Origin: Promethearchaeota archaeon
GTDB lineage: Archaea; Asgardarchaeota; Lokiarchaeia; Sigyniarchaeales; SOKP01
Reading direction: 5' to 3'
DNA length: 18,506 nt
Assembly (NCBI GenBank): GCA_018238625.1
Contig: JABCSY010000080.1
Location: 1-18,506 of the forward strand
Under the pieces are notes generated by a model. It was given only the letters and a program-made list of their open reading frames with translations, was not told the DNA's origin and did no database searches. The position numbers and the translations under genes were made by a program. Below, piece after piece: positions 16,646-18,506 of this stretch (positions are counted from its first letter, which is position 1; every line of letters begins with the position of its first letter).

Positions 16646-17069
16646 AATTTATTTGATAAAATTATCAAGAAGGTATTAAAATCTCAATAATTATTTTTTT
16701 TTATACATTTTGTGTTCTAAAAAAGAGAACTATGTAAAGTATTAGCTTATTTAGTTTATAGTTTTTTGAAAAAACGATGCTCTAAAAATTGACTTTTTCT
16801 TCATTTTTCTTTTTTTTATGATCAATCGTCTTAAAAAAGACGAGAATCATCGATCGATTTAATATGTTTTCGATTATCATCACACCTAAAGTTTTTTTTA
16901 TTTCGGTTTTCAACATTTTCTTATCTGTTATTTTATTATTTTTGTTTATAATATTCGTCAACACCATTAGATTTGCCTACATTTGCTGATCGTGAATTGA
17001 CACATAATAGTCGAAAATAGTAATCATTTAAATATTCAGATTTATTATTGTAACATAGTGATTAAAAAA

Positions 17070-17360
17070 ATGCCTCAAACAATTTTTACGAATGGTAGTG
17101 TAGAAAAAGCCGAGAAGAATTTCCACGATATTAAGGAGTCCATTAAGGGTTTGTATGATATCCTAAGCATTGGCCTTGTTGATAAAGATGATCAAATTTA
17201 TTACGAAGCGGGCAAGGAAAACATAGTAGGGTTATACAAAAACATTATTGAACTATTATTAAACGATTACGGTTTAAGGAAAGTCGTTAAAAAGATAAAA
17301 GACTCCGACATTGAGCTTGATATCGTATTGAACGAGATATTAGTAGAGAAAGAGTTGTAA
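17070..17360 (+). CDS. Hypothetical protein
   Basis: ~96-aa helical ORF with normal composition. A TATA-like TTTAAATA lies near 17026. The start is either the GTG at 17058 or the ATG at 17070. Confidence 0.65.
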   Translation: MPQTIFTNGSVEKAEKNFHDIKESIKGLYDILSIGLVDKDDQIYYEAGKENIVGLYKNIIELLLNDYGLRKVVKKIKDSDIELDIVLNEILVEKEL

Positions 17361-17522
17361 TCTTTTTCATTTCTTAGGTTTTAGCTACTTAGTATTTGCA
17401 TTTCGTTACTTTTAAAAGTAGATATATTAATTTTGACCATCTATGCTTAAACTAAGCCTTGAATTTACCTGATTTTTAAAAAAGTTTTATAGAGCTCTCA
17501 GTTTCAGGGGTTTAGATTTTAA

Positions 17523-17708
17523 TTAGTACAAGATTTTGGATGAGGATTTTAATCTTTTTAGCTTGGAATCGTAATCAGGGCAAAGTTTATAATCTGGAAA
17601 ATTGCATAAACTTTCAACTTTGGGAAGGTTACACACGTGTGAAAATGGACACGATAAAACGCAACTTTCTGGGTTAAAATTTACATCGCTAGTCATTATA
17701 TCTATCAA
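17523..17708 (-). CDS. Small Cys-rich protein (putative Zn-binding)
   Basis: Five Cys in CVLSCPFSHVC...LC...LCPDY followed by a basic tail. Confidence 0.55.
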   Translation of the reverse strand: MIDIMTSDVNFNPESCVLSCPFSHVCNLPKVESLCNFPDYKLCPDYDSKLKRLKSSSKILY

Positions 17709-17953
17709 CTTTTAATTATTATTTAAATGAAAATATTAATTCCTTATGTCCGTTATATCGTCCCAAAATAATTAAAAAAAAGTGACTGCGGAAAATTATT
17801 AATTTGTTAGGTTTAAGGTTTTAAAACTTCAGATGTCTTTTGCCTTTTTTTGCCTTCTTCCCTATTTTTCACTTAAAAACTAAGATAAATTTTTCGTTTA
17901 GATTAAGCTTAAAAAAAGATTAGTAATTATTAAAAAGACTATACTTTCGATTG

Positions 17954-18373
17954 TTATTTGATAATATCAGTTATAAAACAAGTTTCTACTATTTTTATTC
18001 CCGCGACCTGAGAGATTTTGTCCTCAATTAACGGATTAAACATTTCGATAGAGGCGATATCTACTTTCATGAGAAGGCCACAATCTCCAGATAACCTCCA
18101 AATAGCCGTTATTTCGTCAATTTCCTTTAATTCGCTCAAAATTCGCTTAATGTCTTTGAAGTCAGGCTCTATTTTTATGGTTGCGGAAGTTTTAGGTTTT
18201 GTGTCGATCTCATAATCTATAGTAAACCGCTTGATAATTCCATCTTCTTTCAATTTTTTCACTCTTCTTCTAACGGTTGCCTCCGTTTTGCCTATACTCT
18301 TACTAATGTCACTAAACGACATTCTACTATCCATTTTTAATTCTTCTAAAATCTTAATGTCTATAACATCCAT
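17954..18373 (-). CDS. Lrp/AsnC family transcriptional regulator
   Basis: N-terminal HTH MDVIDIKILEELKMDSRMSFSDIS...TVRRRVKKLKEDGIIKRF and a C-terminal RAM domain (LSGDCGLLMKV). Confidence 0.93.
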   Translation of the reverse strand: MDVIDIKILEELKMDSRMSFSDISKSIGKTEATVRRRVKKLKEDGIIKRFTIDYEIDTKPKTSATIKIEPDFKDIKRILSELKEIDEITAIWRLSGDCGLLMKVDIASIEMFNPLIEDKISQVAGIKIVETCFITDIIK

Positions 18374-18427
18374 TTCAATTAACTCACTTGTTAAGTTTTA
18401 ATAACTTTACAAAATTATAATGTTCTT

Positions 18428-18455
18428 ATGATCAATTATCAATGATCAATTATTA
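18428..18455. promoter_or_regulatory. Tandem 14-bp repeat, candidate operator upstream of the Lrp gene
   Basis: ATGATCAATTATCA followed by ATGATCAATTATTA, each containing the TGATCA palindrome, about 55-80 bp upstream of the 18373 start. Confidence 0.4.
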
Positions 18456-18506
18456 ATTTTTATCGTTTTTCGCAATTTTTCAGAAACCATATCTAACAAT
18501 ATCTCA

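Noticed and set aside
16782-16967. 61-aa minus-strand ORF
   Set aside because: Low-complexity K/N/I sequence derived from A/T tracts, with no SD or motif; probably non-coding.
16993-17003. GAATTGACACA shared with 10376-10386
   Set aside because: An isolated 11-mer with no flanking similarity to the repeat arm.
17953-17962. Partial match (GTTATTTGAT) to the predicted omega-RNA guide
   Set aside because: Only 10 nt in AT-rich DNA, and it lacks the TAM-proximal seed bases.
1552-18215. Antisense or overlapping ORFs in the track (1552-1740, 3350-3556, 4737-4967, 5194-5424, 5381-5635, 7112-7381, 8258-8512, 9044-9292, 11758-11952, 12381-12602, 15343-15540, 16363-16668, 18018-18215)
   Set aside because: They are shadows of well-supported genes, with no motifs or SD support.

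Overview
AT-rich archaeal window, most consistent with an Asgard (Lokiarchaeia-like) chromosome. This is an inference from the Zn-ribbon/EF-1beta pair, a Rab-like small GTPase without a prenylation tail, GGTG(A) Shine-Dalgarno motifs and a split GMP synthase. Bases 1-8000 hold housekeeping and metabolic genes: mutL 3' end, EF-1beta, alpha/beta hydrolase, small GTPase, acyl-CoA ligase, msrA and the GMP synthase ATPPase subunit. Between two divergent genes at about 6429-6695 lies a non-coding IS200/IS605-type miniature element that keeps a TnpB omega-RNA-like right end but has no tnpA or tnpB. Bases 8068-16645 form an accessory module: a tandem Lrp/AsnC regulator is bracketed by ~230-bp inverted repeats (57-bp and 30-bp perfect cores) that face two divergent export/membrane operons. 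A 38-nt hairpin leader element occurs three times, and two unrelated transporters from the two operons share the N-terminal peptide ENK..VIIDPDNS. The window ends with small hypotheticals and a second Lrp/AsnC gene. All product calls come from motif recognition only; no searches were run.
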